NCBI GenBank assembly: GCA_035504735.1
Contig: DATJRJ010000275.1
Span: forward strand, 1 to 32,000
Length of the DNA stretch: 32,000 bases
Reading direction: 5' to 3'
Source of the DNA: Candidatus Binataceae bacterium
GTDB lineage: Bacteria; Desulfobacterota; Binatia; Binatales; Binataceae
Shown here: piece by piece, positions 1 through 8,592 of the stretch
Layout of the letters: the number at the start of each line of letters is the position of its first letter
How positions within the stretch are numbered: the stretch's first letter is position 1
Notes under the pieces: generated by a model
Seen by the model: the letters and a program-made list of their open reading frames with translations, nothing else
Told to the model about the DNA's origin: nothing
Databases searched by the model: none
Program-made: the position numbers and the translations under genes

Positions 1-762
1 CCGGAGCTGTCGCGGGAAGCGGCGCGGCTGCCGCGCCACGTCGCAATCGTGATGGACGGCAACGGGCGCTGGGCGCGGCAGCGGGGCCTGTCGCGCAGTG
101 AGGGGCATCGCCGCGGCAAGGATTCGGTGCGCGCGGTGGTCGACACCGCACTGGAGTTCGCCATCCCGAACCTCACGCTGTTCGTATTCTCGAACGAGAA
201 CTGGCTGCGGCCAAGCACCGAGGTGCGCTTTCTGATGCAGCTCGTGCATCGCTACCTGATGACCGAGACCAAGCGGCTGATGAAGCGCGGCATCCGGCTG
301 GTGGCGGTTGGTGATACCGCGCGCCTCCCGGCCGAGGTCCGCCGCGTGCTCGAGCAGGCGATCGCAGCCACTGCCGATAATTGCCGGATGACGGTCGCGC
401 TCGCGCTCTCCTACGGCGGTCGACAGGACATTATCGGAGCCGTCCGGCAGATTGCGCAATCGATCGCCGCGGGCACGCTCGGCGTCGATCAAATCGACGA
501 GCCGCTGCTCAAGGGTCACCTAGCGACAGCGGGACTGCCAGATCCGGATCTCCTGATCCGGACCTCGGGCGAGCAGCGGATTTCCAACTTCTTTCTCTAT
601 GAGCTGGCATATACCGAGCTTTATTTCACCGAGACCCTGTGGCCCGATTTCCGTGAACGCGAGTTTCTGCAGGCGCTGAGCGCCTACCAGGCGCGCGAGC
701 GGCGCTTCGGCACGCTCGACGGCAACGGCACCGCCGACCATCGCTTGCGTGCTGCGAACTAG
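1..762 (+). CDS. uppS: Undecaprenyl diphosphate synthase (isoprenyl transferase), 5' end probably outside window
   Basis: Frame is open from base 1 (PELSREAARLPRHVAIVMDGNGRWARQRGL); MDGNGRWA motif and C-terminal PDLLIRTSGEQRISNFFLYELAYTELYF. Stop at 762. The ORF track start at 49 is the internal Met of the conserved motif. Confidence 0.95.
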   Translation, partial: PELSREAARLPRHVAIVMDGNGRWARQRGLSRSEGHRRGKDSVRAVVDTALEFAIPNLTLFVFSNENWLRPSTEVRFLMQLVHRYLMTETKRLMKRGIRLVAVGDTARLPAEVRRVLEQAIAATADNCRMTVALALSYGGRQDIIGAVRQIAQSIAAGTLGVDQIDEPLLKGHLATAGLPDPDLLIRTSGEQRISNFFLYELAYTELYFTETLWPDFREREFLQALSAYQARERRFGTLDGNGTADHRLRAAN

Positions 763-1534
763 AGTCTGGACGGCGCTGGCAGTGCTGCCGGCGCTGCTAC
801 TGGCGATCATCTTCGCGCCCGACTGGCTGTTCACGGCGCTGATAGCGGTGCTTACCGGGCTTGCGCTTTTCGAGATCGGCAGCATGACTGACGTACGTGG
901 CCCGGGCCGACTCGCACTGTTGATCGCCGCTGCCCTGCTGCCGGCCGCCGCGGTCTTCCTGGCGCCCGAACGTTTCATACTCGTGCCCGAGTTCACCTTC
1001 ATCGGCACCGCCCTCATGATGTCGCTGATGCTGGTGCACGGGACGGAGAGCGCGCCCCGGGGCGCGACGCTCACCGGAATTGGCGCGGTTTATGTCGGCG
1101 CGCTGTTTCCCTTTTTCGCGTTGCTCCGAAACCATCCCGGCGGCATCGCGCTCACTATTCTGCTGCTGCTGGTGGTGGCGGCGACGGATAGCGCGGCTTA
1201 TTTCGTCGGGCGTGCGATCGGACGCATCAAGCTCGCTCCCCGAGTGAGTCCGAATAAGACCGTCGAGGGGGCGATCGGCGGGCTGCTTGCCGCGGTCGCC
1301 GCGGGCTTGGTGCTGCGGCCGATTCTGGTTCCGCGCTGGGACCTCGCCGCAATCGTGACGGTCTCGATCGCGATCAGCCTGCTCGCCCAGGTCGGCGATC
1401 TGATTGGATCAGCATTGAAGCGCGCCGCCGGAGTCAAGGACTCGGGATGGATTTTTCCGGGCCACGGTGGACTGATCGATCGCACCTGTAGCCTAGTCTT
1501 CGCAGCGGCATTCACTTACTATTATTCACGCTGA
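749..1534 (+). CDS. cdsA: Phosphatidate cytidylyltransferase (CDP-diglyceride synthase)
   Basis: 261 aa multi-pass membrane protein; DSAAYFVGRAIGRIKLAPRVSPNKTVEGAIGG and GDLIGSALKRAAGVKDSGWIFPGHGGLIDR signature; overlaps the uppS end; uppS-cdsA order is typical. Confidence 0.92.
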   Translation: MLRTRVWTALAVLPALLLAIIFAPDWLFTALIAVLTGLALFEIGSMTDVRGPGRLALLIAAALLPAAAVFLAPERFILVPEFTFIGTALMMSLMLVHGTESAPRGATLTGIGAVYVGALFPFFALLRNHPGGIALTILLLLVVAATDSAAYFVGRAIGRIKLAPRVSPNKTVEGAIGGLLAAVAAGLVLRPILVPRWDLAAIVTVSIAISLLAQVGDLIGSALKRAAGVKDSGWIFPGHGGLIDRTCSLVFAAAFTYYYSR

Positions 1535-1572
1535 CGGTCTGCTCTCGCAGGCTTTGCTGCAGAGGCTTAAGA

Positions 1573-2946
1573 ATGCTGGTTTCAATCCTGTCTGCCGTAA
1601 TCATCCTGGGTATCCTGATTATCGTTCATGAGGCTGGTCATTTCGTAGTCGCCAAACGCCTGGGCGTCCGCGTGCTTCGCTTCTCGGTCGGCTATCCACC
1701 GAAGGTCTGGGGAATCCGGCTCGGCGAAACCGAATACGCCTTGGGTGCAACGCCCTTGGGCGGCTATGTACGGATGCTCGGCGACGAAGTCGGTGAGGAG
1801 ACCGGCAACGAAGATACCGAGGGCTTTCTGCGAGAGATCGTCCTTGATTTGCTGACCGCAAAAGACGGTGACGGTTTCGCGCTCAAGCAGGTTCAGCCGC
1901 GCGCTGACGAAATTCTCCTTCCCATCGCGGACCGCTTAGCCGTAGCGGGCAGCGAAGCGACGGCCGCGAATATCGCGCTCGCCGAATTCCATCGTCCATT
2001 GAAGCCCGAAGAGACGATGCTCTTGGACGAGCTCGTCCGCGCTCGCACGCTCGACGCGGCCATCAAGGCCCTCAGCGCGCGCCATCCGGAACGGCTGCTC
2101 GAGCGCTTCCGCTTGCGCGCCTTTCCGAGCCAGCGTCTGGCCAAGCGGATTGCGATCGTGATGGCCGGTCCGATGGCTAATATCTTGTTCGCACCGATCC
2201 TGCTGACTGCCATCGGGATGTACGGCGTGCCTCATCTGCTTCCGATCGTCGGCCAGATCCAGTCGGGGATGCCGGCCGCACAGGCCGGGCTCAAGACTGG
2301 CGACCGGATAATCGCGATGAACGGGAGCCCGGTTCATACCTGGATCGATCTTTCGACCAAGGTCAAAAGCAGCGATGGCAAGCCGCTCGAGTTCAACGTG
2401 GAACGGACCACGGCCGGTAAGGTGGATCATCTGACCTTCACCATCGCGCCCCGGCGAGAGGATGAGAAGAATCCTTATGGCGGCACAACCAAGCTCTGGA
2501 TAATCGGCGTGCTTCCGCGCGGCGACGAAGGTATCCAGCGGCTCGGACCGTTGCATGCCTTTTATTCCGGCTGCACCGACAGCGTAGGAATGGTCGGCGC
2601 GTTGGTGTCCGGAATCGCGCAGATCGTTGATGGCGCCACGCCGGTGCGGCAAGCGCTCGGCGGTCCCATCATGATTGCGCAAATGGCCGGGCGTGAAGCG
2701 CACGAGGGCCTGGCCAGCGTCGTGCTGTTCATGGTGATGCTCAGCCTCGAGCTCGGAATCATCAACCTGCTGCCAGTGCCGATGCTCGACGGCGGCCACC
2801 TGTTGTTTTTCGTTTGCGAAGGAATTCGTGGCAAGCCGCTCAAGTTGCGCCATCGGGAACTCGCATTGCAGGCCGGGCTCCTATTGCTGGTCGCCCTGAT
2901 GGCGTTCGTCATCTTCAATGACATCGCGCGACTCGTTCATAGCTGA
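1573..2946 (+). CDS. rseP: RseP-like site-2 zinc metalloprotease (M50) with one recognisable PDZ domain and a non-canonical insert
   Basis: HEAGH zinc motif (IIVHEAGHFVVAKRLG), PDZ segment (VGQIQSGMPAAQAGLKTGDRIIAMNG), C-terminal NLLPVPMLDGGHLLFF; located after cdsA. Confidence 0.92.
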   Translation: MLVSILSAVIILGILIIVHEAGHFVVAKRLGVRVLRFSVGYPPKVWGIRLGETEYALGATPLGGYVRMLGDEVGEETGNEDTEGFLREIVLDLLTAKDGDGFALKQVQPRADEILLPIADRLAVAGSEATAANIALAEFHRPLKPEETMLLDELVRARTLDAAIKALSARHPERLLERFRLRAFPSQRLAKRIAIVMAGPMANILFAPILLTAIGMYGVPHLLPIVGQIQSGMPAAQAGLKTGDRIIAMNGSPVHTWIDLSTKVKSSDGKPLEFNVERTTAGKVDHLTFTIAPRREDEKNPYGGTTKLWIIGVLPRGDEGIQRLGPLHAFYSGCTDSVGMVGALVSGIAQIVDGATPVRQALGGPIMIAQMAGREAHEGLASVVLFMVMLSLELGIINLLPVPMLDGGHLLFFVCEGIRGKPLKLRHRELALQAGLLLLVALMAFVIFNDIARLVHS

Positions 2947-3757
2947 TCGGCTGTTCGACGCAGGTGCGGGCGCAGGACCGATACTCGGCATAGATACCGG
3001 GTCGCGGGCCGCGGCGCTCGCAGTTATCTGCGCTGGCCGGGTGGTTGCCGAGCGGACGGCCAGCTCGTCGTCGCATTGCGCGGGGCTCCCCGGCCAGGTC
3101 GACGATCTGCTGAAATTCGCCGAGGTTTCGCTTTCCGATCTCCGTGGCTTCGCCGTCGGACTCGGCCCGGGCTCCTATACCGGCTTGCGGGTCGCGCTCG
3201 GCTATGTGAAAGGTCTGGCCGCAGTGCTTGAGATTCCAGTGGCCGGCGTACCGAGCCTCGACGCGATGGCCTACGCGGCGGCGGCACTCAAATCGGCGCC
3301 GGCCGGGAGCTTCGTATGCCCGGTTGTGGACGCCCGCAAACAAGAAATCTATACAGCCCTTTACCGGGTTGGCGCCGATGCGCTAGAGAAAATCATAGAA
3401 GATCTGGTGACTGAGCCCGAGCATCTTTGCCCCCCTATTAACGGCGACCTGCTGCTGGTCGGAGATGCGAAGGTGCAAGCTGCAGCATCTGTCCTTGATA
3501 CCAAAGATGGCCGGATCGGCGTGCTTGATGCTGACGGGATTGCGAGCCTGGGCCGGTTCGTGGCGGCGCTCGGCGCCGCGCGAATCGCGCGCGGGGAATC
3601 TGACTTGCTCGCGACCCTCGAGCCGCGTTACGTACGTCCGGTCGAGGCTACGTTCAGACCCGCGAAGGCGGGGCCCCCGACAGCCGGGGCGGAGGACTTA
3701 TGGAGGTCAGAGAAGAAGAGCTGGTTCGCCAACTTGCAGCCCACGACGAGGAACTAA
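2918..3757 (+). CDS. tsaB: tRNA threonylcarbamoyladenosine biosynthesis protein TsaB
   Basis: ILGIDTGSRAAALAV N-terminus and GFAVGLGPGSYTGLRVALGYVKGLA motif. Confidence 0.88.
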   Translation: MTSRDSFIADRLFDAGAGAGPILGIDTGSRAAALAVICAGRVVAERTASSSSHCAGLPGQVDDLLKFAEVSLSDLRGFAVGLGPGSYTGLRVALGYVKGLAAVLEIPVAGVPSLDAMAYAAAALKSAPAGSFVCPVVDARKQEIYTALYRVGADALEKIIEDLVTEPEHLCPPINGDLLLVGDAKVQAAASVLDTKDGRIGVLDADGIASLGRFVAALGAARIARGESDLLATLEPRYVRPVEATFRPAKAGPPTAGAEDLWRSEKKSWFANLQPTTRN

Positions 3758-3930
3758 GAGGGCTTTACGACGAACATCTGGAACTGAAACGCAAGCTCGA
3801 AGATTTTCGGCATAAGCTCTATCTGACAACGGAAGAGGAACTCGAAAAAAAACGGATTCAAAAACTGAAGCTCGCCTCCAAGGATCGCATGATGGCGATC
3901 GTCTGGCGCCATCAGCACGAGGCGCCATAG
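3700..3930 (+). CDS. DUF465/YdcH-like small coiled-coil protein
   Basis: 76 aa; LYDEHLELKRKLEDFRHKLYLTTEEELEKKRIQKLKLASKDRMMAI pattern matches the DUF465 family as remembered; overlaps tsaB end. Confidence 0.75.
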   Translation: MEVREEELVRQLAAHDEELRGLYDEHLELKRKLEDFRHKLYLTTEEELEKKRIQKLKLASKDRMMAIVWRHQHEAP

Positions 3931-3972
3931 CAGTTGCGGGTAGTCCGATGACGCGGGCCAAAATCCTTCAGA

Positions 3973-4506
3973 ATGCCAAGCCATACAATATCGGTTCTGG
4001 TTGAGAACGAATTCGGCGTGCTGGCCCGGGTCGCGGGTCTGTTTTCAAGCCGCGGCTACAATATCGAATCGCTGACGGTCAACGAGGATCCGCTCGATCC
4101 GACCGTCTCGCGGATTGTGCTGGTCACCTCGGGCGACGAGCAGATCCTCGAACAAATCAACAAACAGCTCAACAAGCTGGTCAGCGTCATCAAGATCGCC
4201 GACTTCAACGAGGTTGACATCCTTGAGCGCGAACTGGTGATGGTGCGAGTCGCCATCGATGAGCGTACGCGCTCGGAACTCGATGGAATCGTTAACGCCT
4301 TCCGCGCCCACGTCGTCGACATCGGCCCGCGCCAGGTGACCGTCGAGGTCACCGGCGACGAGGACAAGATCAAGGCGTTCATCGCCCTGGTCCGTCCCCT
4401 CGGCATCAAGGAAGTGGTGCGTTCGGGCAAGGTCGCGATGACCCGCTCGATCCAGCTCAATCCCGACCATCGCGGACGCCGCGAATCCAGCCAGGAGAAA
4501 ATCTAG
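3973..4506 (+). CDS. ilvN: Acetolactate synthase small (regulatory) subunit
   Basis: ACT domain [33 protein letters not shown]; C-terminal [15 protein letters not shown]. Confidence 0.93.
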   Translation: MPSHTISVLVENEFGVLARVAGLFSSRGYNIESLTVNEDPLDPTVSRIVLVTSGDEQILEQINKQLNKLVSVIKIADFNEVDILERELVMVRVAIDERTRSELDGIVNAFRAHVVDIGPRQVTVEVTGDEDKIKAFIALVRPLGIKEVVRSGKVAMTRSIQLNPDHRGRRESSQEKI

Positions 4507-4508
4507 CC

Positions 4509-5525
4509 ATGAAGGTTTATTACGACCGCGAAGCCGATCTGAGCGTCCTCAAGGGAAGGAAGATCGCGATTCTCGGGTTCGGCAGCCAGGGCCATGCCCA
4601 CGCGCTCAACCTGCGCGACAGCGGGATGGACGTGCGGGTCGGATTGCGCAAGGACAGCGCCTCCGCAGAGAAGGCCAGGAAACAGGGGCTCAGGGTGATG
4701 GATACTGCTGCTGCGGCGCGCGAGGCCGACATCGTAATGATGCTGGTGCCGGATGAGATGGGCGCCGAGATTTATGAACAGGAAGTCGCGCCCGCGCTCA
4801 CGGCCGGCAAGTACCTCGCCTTCGGCCACGGCTTCAATATCCATTTCAAGTTCATCAAGCCGGCCAAGGACGTCAATGTCTTCATGATCGCGCCCAAGGG
4901 ACCGGGACACCTGGTGCGGTCCGAGTATGTCAAGGGACGCGGCGTGCCGATGCTGCTGGCGGTCGAGCAGGATCCCTCGGGCGACACGGAGAAGATCGCC
5001 CTCGCCTACGGCGCGGCGATCGGCGGCGGCCGCGCGGCCCTGATTGAAACCAGTTTCCGCGAGGAGACAGAAACCGATCTCTTCGGCGAGCAATCGGTTC
5101 TGTGCGGCGGGCTGACCGAACTGATCCGGGCCGGTTACGAGACCCTGGTCGCTGCCGGTTACGCACCCGAGATGGCGTACTTTGAGTGTGTGCACGAGGT
5201 CAAGCTGATCGTCGACCTGATCTACGAGGGCGGTATCGCGAACATGCGCTACTCGATCAGCAACACCGCCGAGTACGGCGACATGACGCGCGGGCCGCAG
5301 GTCATCGGCCCGCAGGTGCGGGAAACGATGAAGCGGCTGCTCGCCGACATCCAGTCCGGCAAGTTCGCTAACGAGTGGATCGACGAGTATCGCAAAGGGC
5401 TTAAGAATTTCCGCCGGATGCGCGAAGAAGGCGCCAAGCATCCGCTGGAAGAAGTCGGTGGGCGGCTGCGCTCGTTCATGCCGTGGCTGCAGAGCGAACG
5501 GCTGGTCGATCGCTCGCGCAACTGA
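4509..5525 (+). CDS. ilvC: Ketol-acid reductoisomerase (class I)
   Basis: 338 aa; [47 protein letters not shown]. Confidence 0.97.
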   Translation: MKVYYDREADLSVLKGRKIAILGFGSQGHAHALNLRDSGMDVRVGLRKDSASAEKARKQGLRVMDTAAAAREADIVMMLVPDEMGAEIYEQEVAPALTAGKYLAFGHGFNIHFKFIKPAKDVNVFMIAPKGPGHLVRSEYVKGRGVPMLLAVEQDPSGDTEKIALAYGAAIGGGRAALIETSFREETETDLFGEQSVLCGGLTELIRAGYETLVAAGYAPEMAYFECVHEVKLIVDLIYEGGIANMRYSISNTAEYGDMTRGPQVIGPQVRETMKRLLADIQSGKFANEWIDEYRKGLKNFRRMREEGAKHPLEEVGGRLRSFMPWLQSERLVDRSRN

Positions 5526-5558
5526 CCGAGTCCCCGGAATATCACGGACATCGAGCGA

Positions 5559-6233
5559 TTGCGCCAACCCACGCGATGGTTTGATCGACCGGCCCGGCGA
5601 ATCGGAATCGCTGGCGAAGGCGCGATTCACGTTCTGATCCCGATCGCGCTCGCGGCTGCGGCGATCGTCTTCGGTGTCGATTGGCTTGCGATTATCTTGC
5701 TGGTCGTCGCGCTCGCGTTCGCGCTCTTCTTCCGCGATCCCGAACGTTTACCCGCGGGCGCTGACGGGGTGGTGCTCTCCGGCGCTGACGGCCGCGTCTG
5801 CGATCTCGGCGAAGGCTCGCCGCCCGGGCTTCCCGATCAAACCTTCAGGCGTGTTTCGGTCTTCATGTCGCCGCTGGACGTACATGTGAACCGCGCGCCG
5901 GTGGGCGGCGAGGTGCTGGCCGTGACGCATACGCCCGGCGAGTTCCACGCTGCTTATAGCGATGTCGCCAGCCAGCACAACGAACGCAATCTGGTCGTGA
6001 TACGCGATGCCGCCGATCGCCGTTATGTCTTCGTACAGGTGGCGGGCTACCTGGCGCGCCGGATTGTGTGCCGGGTCCGCCCGCAGGACCGTGTCTTTGC
6101 TGGCGACCGAATCGGACTTATCATGTTTGGTAGCCGCTTCGACCACTTCCTGCCGATGGATTATCAACTGACGGTCGCCATCGGCGACCGGGTCCGCGGA
6201 GGCGAGACCGTTATTGGAGAGCTGAAGCAATGA
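5559..6233 (+). CDS. psd: Phosphatidylserine decarboxylase, short/archaetidylserine-decarboxylase-type
   Basis: 224 aa; FMSPLDVHVNRAPVGG and the self-cleavage region GLIMFGSRFDHFLP; next gene is pssA. Confidence 0.92.
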   Translation: MRQPTRWFDRPARRIGIAGEGAIHVLIPIALAAAAIVFGVDWLAIILLVVALAFALFFRDPERLPAGADGVVLSGADGRVCDLGEGSPPGLPDQTFRRVSVFMSPLDVHVNRAPVGGEVLAVTHTPGEFHAAYSDVASQHNERNLVVIRDAADRRYVFVQVAGYLARRIVCRVRPQDRVFAGDRIGLIMFGSRFDHFLPMDYQLTVAIGDRVRGGETVIGELKQ

Positions 6234-7108
6234 ATAACCGTTACCGGCGCAATCCTCGCGCACGCGCAGCGCGCCTGCGTCTTATTTCGGAGTTGCGTGA
6301 TCGGCGCGAGAAGGTGGTCGCGCCGCTCAAGCGCGGAATTTTCCTGGTCCCCGTTACGATTACTTCCCTTGGCCTGCTCGCGGGCTTCTACTCCCTGATT
6401 TCCGCCATCAATGGCCATTTCGTCCGGGCGGCCGTGTTGATCGCCGTGGCATTTATTTGCGACGGCCTCGATGGTCGCGTCGCACGCCTGTCGCGCACCT
6501 CGAGCCTGTTCGGCGTCGAATACGACAGTCTTTCAGACGTGGTCGCCTTCGGCGTTGCGCCGGCGGTGCTCGCTTACACCTGGGCGCTGCGCCCGCTGGG
6601 CCTGGGAGGGGTGATTATCAGCGGGCTCTACGTGGTGTTCGCAGCCTTTCGCCTCGCGCGCTTCAATATCCAGACCGGCAGCGTCGACAAGCGCCGTTTC
6701 GTCGGGCTCCCGGTGCCCGGCGCCGCCGCGATGATCGCAGGCCTGGTCTTCGGCTACCATTATTTCTATATCGATGCGCCGCGGATGCTGGTCGCGGTGA
6801 TCGCGCCGGTCACGGCCGCGCTCGGTGTTCTGATGATTTCGCGGGTGCCGTACCCGAGTTTCAAATCGATCGACTTCTACCATCGCGCGCCACTTGCCGT
6901 TACCGCCGGCGTGATGGTGGTGCTGACCTGCCTGGTCGCGGTGCCCCAGGTGACGGCCTGTGTGCTCGCCACCGCTTATGTCCTCTCGGGTCCCTTTCTG
7001 ATGCTGGCGGGCGAACGGATGACCGCCAAGATGCCTGTGTTGAGGCCGAGCGAACCCGCGAGTCAGAAAGCTCGCGAGACGAGTCCGCTCGGCGGCCGGC
7101 AAGCTTAA
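6230..7108 (+). CDS. pssA: CDP-diacylglycerol--serine O-phosphatidyltransferase
   Basis: CDP-alcohol phosphatidyltransferase motif CDGLDGRVARLSRTSSLFGVEYDSLSDVVAFGVAP; overlaps psd stop. Confidence 0.93.
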   Translation: MNNRYRRNPRARAARLRLISELRDRREKVVAPLKRGIFLVPVTITSLGLLAGFYSLISAINGHFVRAAVLIAVAFICDGLDGRVARLSRTSSLFGVEYDSLSDVVAFGVAPAVLAYTWALRPLGLGGVIISGLYVVFAAFRLARFNIQTGSVDKRRFVGLPVPGAAAMIAGLVFGYHYFYIDAPRMLVAVIAPVTAALGVLMISRVPYPSFKSIDFYHRAPLAVTAGVMVVLTCLVAVPQVTACVLATAYVLSGPFLMLAGERMTAKMPVLRPSEPASQKARETSPLGGRQA

Positions 7109-7133
7109 GCTGATACGCCTCTCGCTTTATTGA

Positions 7134-8162
7134 TTAGGCCGCGTTCAGCAGGTGCGCGTGCTCGCCCTTCGAGACCGGCGCCAGCCGCGCGATTTCGCGC
7201 CAATGGTCGCCGCCGTCGTGACTCTCGTAGATTTCGCCCGCCGTGGTTGCGGCGAAAATTGAAAACGAGCGGCCCCACTCCTCGAGGCTCATTGCTTCGA
7301 GCGCTCCCTGCCATCGTTCGGGATCGGGTAATCCGTTACGCACCAGCTCCCAGGTCTGTCCGCCATCGCGCGAGCGCGTGATTCGGGCGCCGGCAAAACG
7401 ATGCTGCATCCAATAGAAGGGATTTTCCTTGGCACCACCCGCAAACATCACGTCAGGATTGCTCGGCTGATAGACCAGCGTATCGGGATAACCGCCCACA
7501 ATCGATTCGTGATTGGTGCGGCGCTCCCAGCTCTTTCCGCCATCGCGCGTTGCGTATATCCCCATCCCGATCACCGCCTGCATCCGTCGGCCGTCGCGCG
7601 GGTCGACATGCAGCCGATGGGCATCCTGGTCATATTCCGCATCGAAGCCGCCGAACTCCGACCAGCTCTCGCCGCCGTCGCTACTTTTCAGAACCCCGCC
7701 CTGCTCGATGCTCACGTATAGGGTTCTGGGATCGTCGGGCGCGAAGGTGATGTGCTTGACGTGCGCGAGGTGCGGCGGGGCCGGGAAGGTCCATGTCGGC
7801 ACGCTTGCGACCGATCTCATCTGCGGCAGCTCGCGCCACTTCAGCCCGTGATCGTCGCTGACGTAGAGATGAGCCGGCTCGGTGCCGGCGTAAAGGCGCA
7901 GCCGCCCATCGACGCGCACCGACGCGAGACTATAGACGTCAGGTTGATCGATTCCAGCGTCGCGACGCTCCCAGGTTTTGCCCGCATCGCGCGAGCACAT
8001 CACGGTGCCGTGAAATACTCCGGCAAAAATTAGACCCGGCTCTGGCTCGATGATCGAACTAATGTGGCTGCCGGCGAGCGCTCGCGCGCCGATCCGCCAG
8101 GCGGCCGCGGGATCTTCTGCCTCGCGCTCGATCGTGATGATTCCATCGATCGTCGCGACCAT
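7134..8162 (-). CDS. BNR/Vps10-like repeat beta-propeller protein (YCF48/sialidase-like fold)
   Basis: Repeated Asp-box motifs SRDAGKTWERR, SSDGGESWSEF, TRDGGKSWERR, SRDGGQTWELV, SHDGGDHWREI. Likely start is the internal Met (MVATIDGII, ~8162); the ORF track extends to 8225. Confidence 0.8.
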   Translation of the reverse strand: MVATIDGIITIEREAEDPAAAWRIGARALAGSHISSIIEPEPGLIFAGVFHGTVMCSRDAGKTWERRDAGIDQPDVYSLASVRVDGRLRLYAGTEPAHLYVSDDHGLKWRELPQMRSVASVPTWTFPAPPHLAHVKHITFAPDDPRTLYVSIEQGGVLKSSDGGESWSEFGGFDAEYDQDAHRLHVDPRDGRRMQAVIGMGIYATRDGGKSWERRTNHESIVGGYPDTLVYQPSNPDVMFAGGAKENPFYWMQHRFAGARITRSRDGGQTWELVRNGLPDPERWQGALEAMSLEEWGRSFSIFAATTAGEIYESHDGGDHWREIARLAPVSKGEHAHLLNAA

Positions 8163-8348
8163 CACTTGTCTAGACGGCGCGGATGACGAGAACACCGAAC
8201 TACCGGCGTGGGATAGGGAAATCATGGCTGGGTCCCTCCGTGGCCGACAAGCATTTGATCAGCAGATTGCCAGCTAGCGGCAAACACGAACATAGCACCA
8301 AAGTCGCGGCTGATGGTCAAGTTAAAGATCTCCGTCAAGCGGGGTGCC

Positions 8349-8378
8349 TTGACTGCCCTATTCGGTGCCCCCTAGAAT
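8349..8378 (+). promoter_or_regulatory. Candidate sigma70-type promoter for the leuA leader
   Basis: TTGACT (8349-8354), 18-nt spacer, TAGAAT (8373-8378); predicted start ~8385 directly ahead of the leader ORF. Confidence 0.55.
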
Positions 8379-8388
8379 GCTCATGAGT

Positions 8389-8469
8389 ATGCGGTCGATA
8401 CTGCTGACAACGCTCCTTACTCTGGGCCTTACCGAGGCCTGCGCCAAGGGCGTCGTCAAGCAGATCTGA
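8389..8469 (+). CDS. Leu-rich short ORF, candidate leucine leader peptide (MRSILLTTLLTLGLTEACAKGVVKQI; in-frame ATG also at 8377)
   Basis: 26 codons from ATG 8389 to TGA 8467-8469; six Leu within residues 5-14 (seven Leu in 30 aa counting from 8377); followed by an intrinsic terminator and then leuA. A small lipoprotein is an alternative. Confidence 0.4.
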   Translation: MRSILLTTLLTLGLTEACAKGVVKQI

Positions 8470-8490
8470 TCCGCTTGAAACTTTGAGACG

Positions 8491-8538
8491 AACGCCCTGG
8501 GCGGTGGGCCGAACAAGCCGCCCGGGGCGTTTTCTTTT
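8491..8538 (+). terminator. Intrinsic terminator/attenuator hairpin upstream of leuA
   Basis: AACGCCCTGGGCGG (8491-8504) pairs with CCGCCCGGGGCGTT (8518-8531) over 14 bp with one G-U; 13-nt loop; followed by a T-rich tract (GTTTTCTTTT). Confidence 0.8.
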
Positions 8539-8592
8539 GGGCGCGCTTGTGAATCCCACCGCGATGGACGTTCCGAGGAGGGAGAAGATCTG

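Noticed and set aside
1936-2853. 305-aa minus-strand ORF antisense to rseP
   Set aside because: Antisense shadow of rseP; no motifs.
4503-5630. 375-aa minus-strand ORF antisense to ilvC
   Set aside because: ilvC on + is unambiguous; the antisense frame mirrors codon bias and has no family signature.
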